Source: a virus
Taxonomy: Duplodnaviria; Caudoviricetes
Reading direction: 5' to 3' (one strand)
IMG/VR virus record: IMGVR_UViG_3300012940_001441
Location: 1 to 27,574 of that record
Length of the DNA: 27,574 nucleotides
The number at the start of each line of letters is the position of its first letter. Within the stretch, counting starts at the first letter, position 1. Below, piece by piece: positions 24,884 to 27,574 of this stretch. Made by a program: the position numbers and the translations under genes. A model generated the notes under the pieces. It was given only the letters and a program-made list of their open reading frames with translations. It was not told the origin of the DNA and did not search any database.

Positions 24884-26696
24884 TCTGGCAATAGCGTTAA
24901 TACTTACTGCTAACGACAGGGCATCCAGGGTAATAGGCCATGCGTTTGCCAGGGCAGAACGCCAGGCAAATGCCCTGGAAAGATCGGGGCGGGCCTTCTC
25001 AGATGTTGGCAACAAGGCACTGATAGCAGGCGCCGCCGTATCTGCATCATTTTTAACGCCGCTGAAGTACGCGGCAGATATGGAGAAAATGCAGGTAGCG
25101 CTTACGACCGCACTAAAAGGCAACACTGTTGAGGCCAACAAGGCATTTGATACTATCAATAAATTTGCAGCACAAACGCCCTACGCCCTGGAAGAAGTAA
25201 TGAGCGGATTTATCAAGCTGAAAAACATGGGCCTTGATCCGTCCACTGAAGCGCTAACAGCCTATGGCAATACCGCATCCGCAATGGGCAAATCTTTAAA
25301 TGACATGGTGGAAGCCGTGGCAGACGCGGCCACGGGTGAGTTTGAAAGATTGAAAGAGTTTGGTATTAAAGCCAGTACGCAGGGCAGATATGTTACTTTC
25401 ACTTTCCAGGGGGTAAAAACTACCGTTAGAAAGGAGGCTGCACAAATAGAGGCCTATTTGAAAACGGTGGGCAATGTCAACTTTGCGGGCGGAATAGAAA
25501 AACAGAGCAAAACAATATATGGGCAGTGGTCTACTGTAAAAGATAATGCCCGTTTGGTGGCTGCATCATTAGGGACATTCTTAATTCCCGCAGTAAATGA
25601 ACTGTTTGCAACTGTTGGCCCATTACTGATGCGTTTACAAGGTTGGGTAGAGGCAAACCCTGTTTTGGCAAAAAACATAATGTTGCTCGTTACCTCTGTA
25701 GGTATTGGTCTTGTCACATTTGGCGCTACCATGAAAGGTTTAGGTTTTATTATGTCTGGAATGGGTACAGCTATTAAAGTTGCCGGTTATACGGTTCGCG
25801 GATTTGGGGCAGCAATCAGGGTAGGTAGCAATATCGCAGTATTCGCTGTTAAAGGCTTTGAGGCACTACGGTTTGGCTTATTCGCATTACAGTACACCAT
25901 GACATTTACCGTACTGCCTGCACTGAGAACAGCCGGCGTAGCATTTATGCAATTTGGGGCCACGCTCCTGGCAAATCCTATTACCTGGTATGTTGCTGCC
26001 GCGCTTGCCCTGGGTGTTGCGGTGTTCTTTATTATAAAAAATTGGGATAAGATAAGTGCATTCTTTTCCCGGATATGGCAAAATGTTAAAGGGGTGTTCT
26101 CCCGGTTTTGGTCCTGGGCGAAATCTTACTTCCTCAATTTCACGCCTTTGGGCCTCATTATTAAATACTGGACACCTATAACCAGGATGTTTGCTGCCAT
26201 ATGGACAGGCGTAAAGAATGTTTTCACATCTGCATGGCAGTGGATCGTTAACCTGAATGCAAAATTTATTGAAGCTGGAAAAAATATAGTCCTGGCAATT
26301 GCCAAAGGTATTTGGTCTGTTGCTACAGCTCCGGTAAAGGGAATAGAGTGGATCGTAAAGCGGATCAGAGAGCATTTGCCATTTAGTCCGGCCAAGACGG
26401 GGCCATTAAAGGACATACACCGCATCAGGCTGGTAGAAACTATTGCGCATAGCATCAAAGCTAAACCCTTGTTAAATGCTTTTGGCAATGTAACCGGTCA
26501 ATTATACGGTCAAATGAATCAGCCATTGCTGGCGCGTGCCGGCGGCGGGACTGTTCAGATACATTTTAATCCTGTCATTAACCTATCGGGAGGGGCCACC
26601 ACACAGGATGCAGCTATGATAGTAGACAAGCTAAAGGCAGATTTTAAAAAATTGATGCAACAATACATAAATAATAAGGAACGTGTAAGTTTTTGA
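24873..26696 (+). CDS. Tail tape measure protein
   Basis: 607 aa, Ala/Gly-rich, FA..TPY.L, EAVADA.TGE.ERLKEFGI, ANPI, Trp-periodic repeats and FSPAK.GPL; GTG start. Confidence 0.93.
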   Translation: MANSLAIALILTANDRASRVIGHAFARAERQANALERSGRAFSDVGNKALIAGAAVSASFLTPLKYAADMEKMQVALTTALKGNTVEANKAFDTINKFAAQTPYALEEVMSGFIKLKNMGLDPSTEALTAYGNTASAMGKSLNDMVEAVADAATGEFERLKEFGIKASTQGRYVTFTFQGVKTTVRKEAAQIEAYLKTVGNVNFAGGIEKQSKTIYGQWSTVKDNARLVAASLGTFLIPAVNELFATVGPLLMRLQGWVEANPVLAKNIMLLVTSVGIGLVTFGATMKGLGFIMSGMGTAIKVAGYTVRGFGAAIRVGSNIAVFAVKGFEALRFGLFALQYTMTFTVLPALRTAGVAFMQFGATLLANPITWYVAAALALGVAVFFIIKNWDKISAFFSRIWQNVKGVFSRFWSWAKSYFLNFTPLGLIIKYWTPITRMFAAIWTGVKNVFTSAWQWIVNLNAKFIEAGKNIVLAIAKGIWSVATAPVKGIEWIVKRIREHLPFSPAKTGPLKDIHRIRLVETIAHSIKAKPLLNAFGNVTGQLYGQMNQPLLARAGGGTVQIHFNPVINLSGGATTQDAAMIVDKLKADFKKLMQQYINNKERVSF

Positions 26697-26698
26697 TA

Positions 26699-27574
26699 AT
26701 GCACATACAACTAGGAAATATTATCTACCAGGGTATTAAAACCTTTTCATCTATCTCAGATGAACAAGAAAGCGTACTTGCAGAGTATGCTATTATTTCA
26801 ATGCCTGCCAGGTTGCAGGGGATGGCGCAGGGATTACGCACATTGTCCCTGTCTTTATTCTTGCACCAGGAATATTGTCGGGTTGCGGAGGAAGTAGACC
26901 GCTTGCGGCAGGCGCAGAGCTCGTTTGAGGTGCTTCCCCTGCTTTGGGGGAACGGAAAGGTTGAGGGGGATTTTATTATTACCAATATTTCCCGCACTAT
27001 AAACCAGACTGACGAGACTGGGAATATCATAGCGTGTACACTGAATATCTCGCTCAAACAATACATAGTCAATGACAAGCTGACAAAACAGCAGCAGCAG
27101 GCGCTTTCTGAAGCATTCGCAGCCGGGGACAAAAAACCGCCGGCCAAAAGCTCCCGCGTAAATGCCAGAACATGCCCGCAAATTATTGCAGGGCATGTAA
27201 AAGTTACAAAATCAAATGCAGCGGCAGTTAATGGTTATATGCAGGCATATAATAATGATAGTACGGTTAATCATAAACTATACAAGCATCTGAATAACAT
27301 TATTGAAACCGCCCAGAAAATAGCCGATGCTGCCGGTAATCAAAGTAGTTGTGCATACAATGTAACAGGTTTGTCCTCCAGCGCAAACAATGTTACTGCA
27401 AGAGCACAGGCCCTACGCAGTGACATAGCTTATTATATAGCGCTTATCGTAAAGCCTATCGTTATTTCAAACCTTTCAGAAATGAAAGCTAAGAACAATG
27501 AATTACAGGCGGCAGTAAGGGCGCTTGCATCTGCTGCAAGTCCATTATTAAAATCCAGCATCGTTAAGAAATGA
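26699..27574 (+). CDS. Tail tube initiator (P2 gpU-like) with long C-terminal extension
   Basis: N-terminal ~125 aa: QLG.I, P.LQ, L.L..G.G...G.F.I and L.LK.Y; follows the tape measure; ATG at 26699. Confidence 0.78.
   Translation: MHIQLGNIIYQGIKTFSSISDEQESVLAEYAIISMPARLQGMAQGLRTLSLSLFLHQEYCRVAEEVDRLRQAQSSFEVLPLLWGNGKVEGDFIITNISRTINQTDETGNIIACTLNISLKQYIVNDKLTKQQQQALSEAFAAGDKKPPAKSSRVNARTCPQIIAGHVKVTKSNAAAVNGYMQAYNNDSTVNHKLYKHLNNIIETAQKIADAAGNQSSCAYNVTGLSSSANNVTARAQALRSDIAYYIALIVKPIVISNLSEMKAKNNELQAAVRALASAASPLLKSSIVKK

Larger units (their letters stand above)
1..27574. mobile_element. Temperate prophage (lambda-like head/cos packaging, contractile tail), partial; extends beyond the window
   Basis: Integrase, replication, terminase, portal, capsid, sheath, tube and tape measure genes in canonical order. 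Baseplate, fibre and lysis genes and att sites are not in the window. Confidence 0.96.

Noticed and set aside
385-27196. Remaining short antisense or nested ORFs in the track (e.g. 385..690, 7260..7679, 11038..11400, 15398..15942, 25887..26488, 26725..27196)
   Set aside because: They lie within well-supported genes, mostly on the opposite strand, and lack motifs. Only 6992..7705 has independent motif support.
22403-27574. Sheath/tube cluster as a tailocin or extracellular contractile injection system delivering the toxin
   Set aside because: Intact-looking head, terminase, cos and replication genes indicate a complete phage, and no link to the toxin is visible.

Overview
Left part of a temperate prophage, probably from a Bacteroidota host (inferred from the integrase type, Gln-after-signal-peptide proteins and TAnnTTTG-like promoter elements). 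The order is: tyrosine integrase (1-1209); a leftward ~5 kb cargo operon (1275-6275); a leftward early/replication operon (Xis-like HTH, C5 DNA methyltransferase with an overlapping second-frame subunit, PAPS-reductase-like protein, RusA-like resolvase, Twinkle/T7-gp4-like primase-helicase, O-like initiator with iterons, wHTH, SSB-like protein); a control region; and a rightward morphogenesis operon (gpZ-like, lambda-like cos, terminases, gpW, portal, protease-capsid fusion, contractile sheath/tube, frameshifted tail chaperone, tape measure, gpU-like) that continues past the window. The best candidate for an undescribed system is the cargo operon. It encodes a signal-peptide-bearing 'mini-Rhs' polymorphic toxin that keeps the Rhs core DP...DPxG motif but has no YD-repeat cage, followed by four AT-rich immunity-like genes. 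Two paralogous exported transglutaminase-like (Cys-His-Glu) proteins bracket the array, and a recombination scar suggests cassette exchange. All family assignments come from motif recognition by eye; no database searches were run.
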